A stretch of DNA of 64,000 nucleotides from Nitrospinaceae bacterium (GTDB lineage: Bacteria > Nitrospinota > Nitrospinia > Nitrospinales > Nitrospinaceae). Made by a program: the position numbers and the translations under genes. Shown here in pieces: positions 17,290 to 25,561 of the stretch. Numbering within the stretch: position 1 is the first letter of the stretch; each line of letters begins with the position of its first letter. The stretch covers positions 928,001 to 992,000 of the forward strand of contig OZ250172.1 of the NCBI GenBank assembly GCA_965237905.1. Reading direction: 5' to 3'. The notes beneath the pieces were generated by a model, which saw only the letters and a program-made list of their open reading frames with translations, did no database searches and was not told the origin of the DNA.

Positions 17290-18606
17290 TCAGACCGAAA
17301 CATTATTCGACTCCACACGATCCGGTTTTTTTAAAGGATAAAAAATTTCAGTTCCCTGTTCCCCTTCAACGGGGATGGGGCGCAGAATATAATCGTCTCT
17401 ATTCGCATTATGAGCGCACATAGACACCGGACCATCCGGAGTCATGACCATAAACGAACACGCTTCGATTCTTTCCGGGTCCAGATGGTCGGCGTCCATG
17501 AAGTTTTGCACAAAAAATGAAATCTTGTGAACTCTTCCCCGAGCCGCAAAGATGTCTCTTCGGATTCTCCAAATACGGGGAACAAAATATTTTAAACCGC
17601 GGATCAGCCAATGCGGTCGGCTCAATGCCTCCTTAATATACCGCAAGGCGATGATTCCCGGCCGCTCCCTTCGGTCGTGTGTTACATGTTGAAAATCTCT
17701 GAAAAAATCACCGACCAAATCCGGATCGTCTATTAAGCTAAAGACTTTATTATTCACAACAACAGTGGGAACATAACTGTGGCATTTCGGATGGCCTACA
17801 AGGATGGAATCCCATGCCAAAGGATTTCCCGAGCCTTGATTGATCCTCTCCTTTACCGACTCCAAGGAGATGATTTCCTCGCGTTTTCCCAGGACTCCTC
17901 TTCCGGTATCTGCCTGGAGTTGGAAAGAGGCAAATCGCACCACATCCGCCTGCTCTATGAAGAAACGAACGAGATCGGGAACCTGAGAGAAGTTGTCTGT
18001 GTGAACCGTTGTATTGAAAATAACCATCAAAGGCAACCCGCGAACCATCTCTATGTATTGCCTGCGAATTTTATTGAGTTCCTGTTCTGTATTAAATCCC
18101 TTTCTGTCCTGGGTCATGTCAACATGAAAGGCAATGTCGCTCAAGCCATTGTCCACCAACTCTTCAATCATGTCCCGGGTACACCGTATTCCATTGGTGA
18201 ACAATGTAGGATGCAAACCAAGCTCACGGGCATAACGTACAATTTGCATCAGCTCCTTCCTGTCCCGCATCGTGGGATCCCCTCCGCTGATTTGCACATC
18301 GGTACCTACACCGAAATAATTTTTAATCCCATCCAACCTCCGAAATACTTCTTGAAGAGGAAGATCGGTGACTTGGTTAGAACTGGGAGACAGATAGCAT
18401 AAAGAGCAATCGAGATTGCAACGCTGACTGATCTCCAGGGAAACACATCCAATAGCTTCCCTTCGTCCTAAAATTTGGTTCTTTTTAAAATGCGAACCCA
18501 TGCGCAATTTTGTTTTAGCAAGGGCTTCGTTCACTTGGTTTACTTCTTTAGCGCTTAATGGCGCAGATCTACTGGCATAAAGCGATTGAAAAGTTTTACG
18601 TAGCAT
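17290..18606 (-). CDS. Radical SAM protein, Tes/MJ0619-like subfamily lacking the N-terminal domain
   Basis: CNLDCSLC (CxxxCxxC), QISGGDPT, HPKC and C-terminal FMD..HLDPERIEACSFMVMTPDGPVSMCAHN. Start at ATG 18606 (G-rich RBS); the ORF track gives 18705. The radical SAM call is firm, the subfamily is tentative. Confidence 0.85.
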   Translation of the reverse strand: MLRKTFQSLYASRSAPLSAKEVNQVNEALAKTKLRMGSHFKKNQILGRREAIGCVSLEISQRCNLDCSLCYLSPSSNQVTDLPLQEVFRRLDGIKNYFGVGTDVQISGGDPTMRDRKELMQIVRYARELGLHPTLFTNGIRCTRDMIEELVDNGLSDIAFHVDMTQDRKGFNTEQELNKIRRQYIEMVRGLPLMVIFNTTVHTDNFSQVPDLVRFFIEQADVVRFASFQLQADTGRGVLGKREEIISLESVKERINQGSGNPLAWDSILVGHPKCHSYVPTVVVNNKVFSLIDDPDLVGDFFRDFQHVTHDRRERPGIIALRYIKEALSRPHWLIRGLKYFVPRIWRIRRDIFAARGRVHKISFFVQNFMDADHLDPERIEACSFMVMTPDGPVSMCAHNANRDDYILRPIPVEGEQGTEIFYPLKKPDRVESNNVSV

Positions 18607-18895
18607 AAACGCCCCCCACGTTTTATTAGCATTTTGAAAGAATCTAAAAACGGGAAACCTCATAATAATCTTGATGTAAACTCCATAATGAGTCGAGGCA
18701 AACAATCAAACCTTACAGTAGTTTTTCTACTTGGAGCTATCCAAACTCTCCGGTATGATTATCCTATATTCCTACTATATATGAATGAAACGTGGTCGCT
18801 GTTATTTGGCCATGTAAGGTAATCAAGAGCTCTGCGACAAATCCTTGAAATTTGGAGGAATCCAAAGGCCAACAAATATCTTGAGGGGAGCAATC

Positions 18896-20272
18896 ATGAG
18901 AGAAACGGTAGAGGATTTAGCCAAGAATAAGTGCCCTGAACTGACGATGGACAACTTTATAAATGGATTGAAGCGGAGAAATCCGGGAGAAGGAGAATTC
19001 CATCAATCGGTTGAAGAGGTCATGACCTATCTCATTCCCTATGTCCAGCTTCATCCCAACTACCAAAAAGCACAAATCCTGGAAAGACTCACAGAGCCCG
19101 ATAGGGTTATCATTTTCAGGGTAGGCTGGCAGGATGACCAGGGCTCGATCCGCACCAACCGGGGCTACCGGGTTCAATTCAACAACTCCATCGGTCCTTA
19201 TAAGGGAGGCCTCAGGTTTCACCCGACCGTGAACTTAAGCATTCTTAAATTCCTGGGCTTTGAGCAAATTTTCAAAAACAGTTTGACGACCTTGCCCATG
19301 GGAGCCGGCAAGGGAGGCTCTAACTTCAACCCCAAAGGGAAGTCCGACGACGAAGTCATGCGTTTTTGTCAGGCATTCATGACCGAGTTATCCAAGCACA
19401 TAGGAGAAAGTATCGATGTGCCCGCCGGTGACATCGGTGTCGGGGCAAGGGAAATCAGTTATATGTTCGGCCAATATAAACGATTGAAAAATGAATTTAC
19501 AGGAACCCTGACGGGCAAGGGCTTGGAATTTGGCGGGAGTGAAATCAGGACAGAAGCAACAGGGTTTGGTTGTATTTATTTTATGCAAGAAATGCTGAAA
19601 CACAGATCCGACGGTTTAGAGGGAAAACGGTGCATCGTTTCCGGGTCGGGAAACGTCGCTCAATATGCGGCCCTCAAGCTTATTCAACTGGGTGCAAAAG
19701 TCATTACCATTTCCGATTCCTCAGGGTTCGTTCATGATCCGGATGGTATTGACGAGGAAAAACTGAATTTTATTATAGAATTAAAAACCGTTAAAAGAGG
19801 GCGGATTTCTGAATTCGCTAACCAGTACAAGCTGAAGTTTTACGAGAACCAAAAGCCATGGAAGATTCCCTGCGATCTGGCTTTCCCTTGCGCCACACAA
19901 AATGAACTGGATATAGAGGATGCGAAGGAGTTGATTAAAAATGGTTGCGCAGGCATCGCGGAGGGGGCCAATATGCCCACCACCATTGAAGCGATTAAGA
20001 GTTTCCAAAACGCCAAGCTTCTGTTTTCTCCGGGAAAGGCATCCAATGCCGGAGGTGTGGCTGTTTCCGGTTTGGAGATGACGCAAAATAGTATCCGAAT
20101 GTCCTGGTCCTCTGAGGAACTGGAAAAACGTCTGGTTGAAATCATGACGAACATTCATCAACAATGCATTCGATATGGCGCTGAAAAGGATTATGTGGAT
20201 TACGTCAAAGGCGCAAACATTGCAGGATTTGTAAAGGTTGCGGATGCGATGCTGGCCTATGGCGTGATGTAG
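18896..20272 (+). CDS. gdhA: NADP-specific glutamate dehydrogenase
   Basis: GPYKGGLRFHP, KFLGFEQIFKNSLT, DVPAGDIGVG, RTEATGFG, SGSGNVAQY and YVKGANIAGFVKVADAM. Start at ATG 18896 (GGGGAG RBS). Confidence 0.97.
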   Translation: MRETVEDLAKNKCPELTMDNFINGLKRRNPGEGEFHQSVEEVMTYLIPYVQLHPNYQKAQILERLTEPDRVIIFRVGWQDDQGSIRTNRGYRVQFNNSIGPYKGGLRFHPTVNLSILKFLGFEQIFKNSLTTLPMGAGKGGSNFNPKGKSDDEVMRFCQAFMTELSKHIGESIDVPAGDIGVGAREISYMFGQYKRLKNEFTGTLTGKGLEFGGSEIRTEATGFGCIYFMQEMLKHRSDGLEGKRCIVSGSGNVAQYAALKLIQLGAKVITISDSSGFVHDPDGIDEEKLNFIIELKTVKRGRISEFANQYKLKFYENQKPWKIPCDLAFPCATQNELDIEDAKELIKNGCAGIAEGANMPTTIEAIKSFQNAKLLFSPGKASNAGGVAVSGLEMTQNSIRMSWSSEELEKRLVEIMTNIHQQCIRYGAEKDYVDYVKGANIAGFVKVADAMLAYGVM

Positions 20273-20383
20273 TCCCTGGGCGAGAGGGTTGATCTTTTCG
20301 TCCGTTCCGCTATTTTAGATGACACTTTTAATTTATTCTGGATAATCATGGGTATGACAAAAAATAAACAATTGGGGGGATAA

Positions 20384-22528
20384 ATGAAAAAAGCAAAACC
20401 AATTATTATTCTTTCCGTTATCGCTGGTTGCATATGGGCTTTTTCTCACTTTAACCTCGGCCAGTACCTGTCTCTGGAATACCTGAAAGGACAACAGGCC
20501 GATTTCTCTGTCTTCTATAAAGAAAACACCGTATTGGCCATTGGCGCCTTCAGCCTCATTTATATTGTTTCAACCGCCCTGTCTCTTCCGGGGGCCGCTT
20601 GGTTAACCCTGCTGGCCGGGGCCTTGTTTGGATTGGTCACAGGAACCATCCTTGTTTCCTTCGCAAGCACCATTGGAGCCACGCTGGCTTTCACTATTTC
20701 ACGATTATTGCTCCGTGACTGGGTTCAAAATAAATTTGGAAGCTACCTCAAATCTTTTAATGCTGGCGTCGAAAAGGATGGTGGGTTTTATCTTTTCACT
20801 TTAAGGTTGATTCCAGCGTTCCCGTTCTTCGTCATCAATTTAGTGATGGGGTTGACTCCCATGAAGACATTTCAATTCTTTTGGGTGAGCCAGATCGGAA
20901 TGCTGGCAGGGACCATCGTTTATGTGAACGCCGGAACGCAACTCGCTCAAATTGAATCTTTGAAAGGCATCCTCTCCCCCGGGCTTCTTTTGTCCTTTGT
21001 ATTGTTAGGCCTATTCCCGATTTTGACTAAAAAGCTTTTAGGCTTCTTCAAGGGCAGGAAAGTATTGAGCCGTTTCAAAAAACCCAAAGTCATTGACTAT
21101 AACATGGTAGTGATTGGAGCGGGGTCGGCCGGACTGGTGACCAGCTACATTGGGGCGGCTACTAAAGGAAAAGTTGTTCTTGTTGAAAAACACAAAATGG
21201 GCGGGGATTGCCTGAATACCGGATGTGTCCCGAGTAAAGCCCTCATTCGGTCAGCCAAGTTTATGGCGGATGTCAAAAAATGTCAAAGTCTGGGTTTCAA
21301 AAATGTCCAGGTGGAATTTGAGTTTGCTGATGTCATGGAGCGGGTTCAGCGGGTTATCAAAACCGTCGAACCCCACGACTCAATCGAGCGTTATTCACAA
21401 CTGGGAGTTGAGTGCGAAACTGGAGAAGCAAAAATAATTTCACCTTATGAAGTTCAAGTGAATGGGAAAGTGCTTACTACAAAGAACATCATCATCGCCA
21501 CGGGTGCCCGTCCTGCGATTCCCCCCATTGAAGGCATTGAAGAAGTTGATTACTTGACTTCAGACACGGTTTGGAACATTCGTGAAAAGCCTGAAAAACT
21601 GTTGGTACTCGGAGGAGGACCGATTGGCTCGGAACTCGCTCAAGCGTTTTGCCGGTTGGGGTGTCAGGTCACACAAGTGCAACGCAGGGACAAGCTTCTT
21701 CCCAGAGAAGACCCCGAGATCGGCCAAATGGTTTTAGAGAGCTTCAGAAAAGACGGCATTGACGTTCTTCTGGAACACACACCCAAGAAATTTTTTAAAC
21801 AGGACGGGAAAGACTTTCTGGAGTGCGAACACAAGGGCCAACGCGTTCAGATCGGTTTTGATAAAGTCTTGATCGCTCTGGGACGAAAGGCCAACACGAC
21901 AGGGTTCGGATTGGAGGAGTTGGGAGTTGAATTGACACCCAGGAAAACGATCCAAGTCGACGAATACATGCGGACCAATTATCCCAACATCTATGCCTGT
22001 GGAGATGTGGCCGGTCCTTATCAATTCACACATATTGCCGCACACCAGGCATGGTACTGCGCGGTCAATTCAATGCTCAGCCCATTTTACAGCTACAAGG
22101 TGGATTATCGAACTGTGCCCTGGTGCACATACACAGACCCGGAAGTGGCGCGATCGGGATTGAATGAGCTGGAAGCCAAAGAGCAGGGAATTCCCTATGA
22201 AGTCACCACCTATGGAATAGACGACCTGGACCGCGCCATTACCGATGAAGCGGCTTATGGAATTGTCAAAGTCCTGACGGAACCGGGTAAGGACAAAATT
22301 TTAGGAGTGACTATTGCCGGGCTTCACGCCGGAGATATTATTGCAGAATATGTGGCCGCTATGAAAAACGGCTTTGGTATGAATAAAATTTTGAATACCA
22401 TTCACATCTATCCGACTTTGGCCGAGTCCAACAAGTTCGCCGCAGGAAATTGGAAAAAAAACCAGCTGACAGAAAAAAAGCTGGCTCGATTGGAGAAAAT
22501 CAACCGGTGGAGAAGAGTCTACGTTTGA
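20384..22528 (+). CDS. TVP38/DedA (SNARE-associated) domain fused to a pyridine nucleotide-disulfide oxidoreductase (MerA/LpdA-like)
   Basis: N-terminal membrane domain with SLPGAA and LRLIPAFPFFVIN; then VIGAGSAG, GGDCLNTGCVPSK, LGGGPIG and HIYPTLAE. Confidence 0.93.
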   Translation: MKKAKPIIILSVIAGCIWAFSHFNLGQYLSLEYLKGQQADFSVFYKENTVLAIGAFSLIYIVSTALSLPGAAWLTLLAGALFGLVTGTILVSFASTIGATLAFTISRLLLRDWVQNKFGSYLKSFNAGVEKDGGFYLFTLRLIPAFPFFVINLVMGLTPMKTFQFFWVSQIGMLAGTIVYVNAGTQLAQIESLKGILSPGLLLSFVLLGLFPILTKKLLGFFKGRKVLSRFKKPKVIDYNMVVIGAGSAGLVTSYIGAATKGKVVLVEKHKMGGDCLNTGCVPSKALIRSAKFMADVKKCQSLGFKNVQVEFEFADVMERVQRVIKTVEPHDSIERYSQLGVECETGEAKIISPYEVQVNGKVLTTKNIIIATGARPAIPPIEGIEEVDYLTSDTVWNIREKPEKLLVLGGGPIGSELAQAFCRLGCQVTQVQRRDKLLPREDPEIGQMVLESFRKDGIDVLLEHTPKKFFKQDGKDFLECEHKGQRVQIGFDKVLIALGRKANTTGFGLEELGVELTPRKTIQVDEYMRTNYPNIYACGDVAGPYQFTHIAAHQAWYCAVNSMLSPFYSYKVDYRTVPWCTYTDPEVARSGLNELEAKEQGIPYEVTTYGIDDLDRAITDEAAYGIVKVLTEPGKDKILGVTIAGLHAGDIIAEYVAAMKNGFGMNKILNTIHIYPTLAESNKFAAGNWKKNQLTEKKLARLEKINRWRRVYV

Positions 22529-22587
22529 AGAGTCTGATTTTCTGATCAGGTCAACCCCAACATCCGTTCCCTCTTGAGATTGATTAT

Positions 22588-23823
22588 CTAACCTTTAACA
22601 CAAATAACCTGGCGCAGGGTGTGCGCGATTTCCACCAAATCCTTCTGGGCTTCCATGACCGCGTCGATATCCTTGTAAGCCGCAGGGGTTTCGTCGATCA
22701 CATCCTTGTCTTTTCGACACTCCACACCTTCGGTGGCTTTGATATGATCGTCCACCGAAAAACGTCGTTTGGCTTCAGCCCGGGACATCGCTCTGCCCGC
22801 ACCGTGACTGCAACTTTCAAAACTGTCCTTGTTGCCCAGGCCGCGGACGATATAAGACTTCGCCCCCATGCTTCCGGGGATGATTCCCGTATCTCCCAAC
22901 CGGGCACGCACCGCTCCCTTCCGGGTCACTAGAATATTTTTTCCAAAATGATTCTCGCGGGCCACATAATTGTGATGACAATTGACCCTCTCCAAGTTCG
23001 CTTCAAAAGGCGGAATACCCTTGGAGCCCTGCACCGCTTTAATCACGGCCTGCATCATCAACTCGCGGTTGGTCTTGGCAAACGTCTGCGCCCACTCCAC
23101 CGCCTCTACATATTCGTCAAAATGCTCAGACCCATCGGGGAAATAGGCCAGATTGATATCCGGTACATTGATATGCCACCGGCGCATATCCTCCTTGGCC
23201 AGCTCAATAAAATAAGTCCCAATCCGGTTGCCGATACCACGGGAACCGCTGTGCAGCATGAACCAAACCTGATCCATCTCGTCCAGACACACTTCGATGA
23301 AGTGGTTACCGGTACCTAAAGTTCCCAGATGGTTGACGTTGTTGCTGTGCTTTCTCATCACCTTGGGATTCTTTTCAGTGATGGAATCCAATCCTTTTCC
23401 CAGGTCATTCCAGACTTCCGCCTGGAGATCAGGAATATTCGCCCAGGCGCCACGATCACCCCGTCCCCCATTGTTCGTTCTGCCATGCGGAACAGCCTTT
23501 TCAATATTGGAGCGAATCTCCTTCAAGTTTTCCGGCAAATCGGTTGCCTTCAAACTGGTCTGCACCGCCATCATGCCGCATCCGATATCCACCCCAACCG
23601 CCGCCGGAATAATGGCCTTTAAGGTTGGAATCACACTTCCAATCGTTGCCCCCAGTCCCCAATGAACATCCGGCATGACCGCAATATGTTTATAGATAAA
23701 AGGCATATGTGCGACATTCATCAACTGCTGTTCCGCTTCCTTTTCCAATGGAACACCCTTGGTCCAGGCTTTGATCGGCACACCCTTGTCTGGCTTTAAA
23801 ACATTGTAGTTATATTTTGTCAT
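22588..23823 (-). CDS. rtcB: RNA-splicing/repair ligase RtcB
   Basis: MPDVH.G, GVDIGCGM, GTLGTGNHF, HSGSRG, CHHNY, SHGAGR, DETPAAYK and C-terminal VKG. Start at ATG 23823. Confidence 0.96.
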   Translation of the reverse strand: MTKYNYNVLKPDKGVPIKAWTKGVPLEKEAEQQLMNVAHMPFIYKHIAVMPDVHWGLGATIGSVIPTLKAIIPAAVGVDIGCGMMAVQTSLKATDLPENLKEIRSNIEKAVPHGRTNNGGRGDRGAWANIPDLQAEVWNDLGKGLDSITEKNPKVMRKHSNNVNHLGTLGTGNHFIEVCLDEMDQVWFMLHSGSRGIGNRIGTYFIELAKEDMRRWHINVPDINLAYFPDGSEHFDEYVEAVEWAQTFAKTNRELMMQAVIKAVQGSKGIPPFEANLERVNCHHNYVARENHFGKNILVTRKGAVRARLGDTGIIPGSMGAKSYIVRGLGNKDSFESCSHGAGRAMSRAEAKRRFSVDDHIKATEGVECRKDKDVIDETPAAYKDIDAVMEAQKDLVEIAHTLRQVICVKG

Positions 23824-23925
23824 GATCAATCTCTCTAACAATCACATGAAATAAAGGGCCGACAATAAATTTTCAAGACGCCGCGTTGGAAGTAACTGAT
23901 TGAAATTAAATGCTTTATAATTACC

Positions 23926-23961
23926 TGCACAAAAACTGCACCCAATTTCCTGAGAATTTCC
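23926..23961 (+). promoter_or_regulatory. Phased 11-bp direct repeats (TGCAC-N6-TGCAC, then AATTTCC twice); candidate OmpR-family (cre-tag-like) binding site
   Basis: TGCAC at 23926 and 23937; AATTTCC at 23944 and 23955; upstream of an operon ending in an OmpR-type two-component system. Confidence 0.5.
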
Positions 23962-24007
23962 GCTAACCCGCCATACGCATTGCACATGCAAGCATAACAC
24001 TGGGTGC

Positions 24008-25561
24008 ATGAACAATGCACGCATACATCTCAATGCCACACGTTTTCTGCCCGGCCTGATCTTTGGGACAGCCGCTGGGGTCCTGGCCTATGAACCGGTG
24101 TACTGGTTGATTCAGACCTGGCAGGACCCGGCGTACGACTCCAAAGGTTTTCTCATATTTGCAGTCTGTGTCGGATTGTTTCTGTGGAGTGTCACCAGCC
24201 CCCGCAACTTGACCCGCCCGGATAATACCCGGTGGGCGCTGATCCTTCTGACCGCCACCGCCCTGATCCGTTTGACCGGTCAGGTCTTCGCCGTCAATAT
24301 CATCGGTGCTTTGGCGTTGGTGATCGATGTCTACGCGCTGGCCACTCTGGCCGGTGTTCAACATAGAGAGCGGCCTATTTCTCCCGGATGGCTGGCGGTT
24401 TGCTTTCTATTCGCCCTGCCGTTGGAGCGGGTGATGCAACACACAGTAGGATTTGGCCTGCAAAGCCTATCTGCCGGAAGCGCCTGTCTGATTCTGGGTG
24501 GCCTGTTTGATAATGTCAGTTGTCATGGTGTGCGCATTCTGATCAATCAAAAAGATGTACTGGTGGACCTGCCCTGCTCCGGCGCGCGGACCCTGTTGCT
24601 GTTGCAATTGTTTTATGCCGCCTGCATGACGGTGTGCCGTCCCAATTTAACTTCCGGCTTGTTCGGTTTTTGCGTCACTCTGTTCTCCAGCCTATGGATC
24701 AACATTTTTAGAATCATGGCGCTGGCGGTGGGCATCGCCTACCCGGAAATGGTATTCGGCCTGGATGTCATGGCGGAACCGGGACATTCCCTACTGGGCT
24801 TGATCGCACTGGCTCTGGGCTGTCTCCCCATTCTGTTCTGGGCCCGGTTCACGGAAGATGTCCTCAAACCTCGCAACCTGATTGCGCATTCAAAGCCGGA
24901 GGAATCGCTCTCGCGCGCCAAAGCAATGGGTTTTGCATTCCATATATTTAAAACCCATCCCGTTGCAATGGCTTTTGGATTTTTGATCGTTGCCGCCGCC
25001 ATTGTCAGTCTTCCTAAAACACCGATCGACGTCGCCCGGCCCGATATCAAAATTTCTCTGCCTATGATGATTGACAACCATGAGGGAATCCTTTCACCTC
25101 TACTCCCGAAAGAGAGAGTTTACTTCACCCAATACGGCGGCGCGGCGGCCAAAGCTTCGTATGGGGATAACGGTTTGTTGTTGATTCAAACCTCATCGCC
25201 CCTGCGGCACCTCCACTCCCCCGATGAATGCTTGCGAGGACTGGGCTTTGAGGTCCAGCACGTCGGGATTTCATACGACACGATACCGACCGCTGTGTAC
25301 AAAGCCACCACAGCAGAAGGACAGAGCTTTCGCGTCGCCGTCAGCTTTATTTCCGACCAGGGTCACATCACCTCCAACGTGTCGGAAGCGGTGTGGCGCT
25401 GGGTGCAGGAGCCGGGTAGCGTGTGGTCCGCTATCCAACGAATTTCCCCCTGGGAACAAGACGCATCAATAACCCGCCGATGGGACCAGGCGGTCCTGGC
25501 GGCTCTGGATATCGATATTACTCAACGACCTGCTAAATTCACGAAAGAGAGGAAGCTATGA
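24008..25561 (+). CDS. xrtT: Exosortase (exosortase T-like) with a C-terminal periplasmic EpsI-like domain
   Basis: Multi-TM protein with the exosortase triad: Cys in VDLPCSGAR, Arg in NIFRI and His in EPGHSLLG. C-terminal RHLHSPDECLRGLG. Directly upstream of a PEP-CTERM protein. Confidence 0.85.
   Translation: MNNARIHLNATRFLPGLIFGTAAGVLAYEPVYWLIQTWQDPAYDSKGFLIFAVCVGLFLWSVTSPRNLTRPDNTRWALILLTATALIRLTGQVFAVNIIGALALVIDVYALATLAGVQHRERPISPGWLAVCFLFALPLERVMQHTVGFGLQSLSAGSACLILGGLFDNVSCHGVRILINQKDVLVDLPCSGARTLLLLQLFYAACMTVCRPNLTSGLFGFCVTLFSSLWINIFRIMALAVGIAYPEMVFGLDVMAEPGHSLLGLIALALGCLPILFWARFTEDVLKPRNLIAHSKPEESLSRAKAMGFAFHIFKTHPVAMAFGFLIVAAAIVSLPKTPIDVARPDIKISLPMMIDNHEGILSPLLPKERVYFTQYGGAAAKASYGDNGLLLIQTSSPLRHLHSPDECLRGLGFEVQHVGISYDTIPTAVYKATTAEGQSFRVAVSFISDQGHITSNVSEAVWRWVQEPGSVWSAIQRISPWEQDASITRRWDQAVLAALDIDITQRPAKFTKERKL

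Noticed and set aside
20384..22528. Mercuric reductase (merA) call
   Set aside because: There is no C-terminal Cys-Cys pair, no N-terminal metal-binding domain and no mer genes nearby; the N-terminus is a DedA/TVP38 domain.
23824..23960. Sigma54/RtcR-type control of rtcB
   Set aside because: I saw no convincing GG-N10-GC promoter on the minus strand, and no rtcR, rtcA or Ro/Y-RNA genes are in the window.
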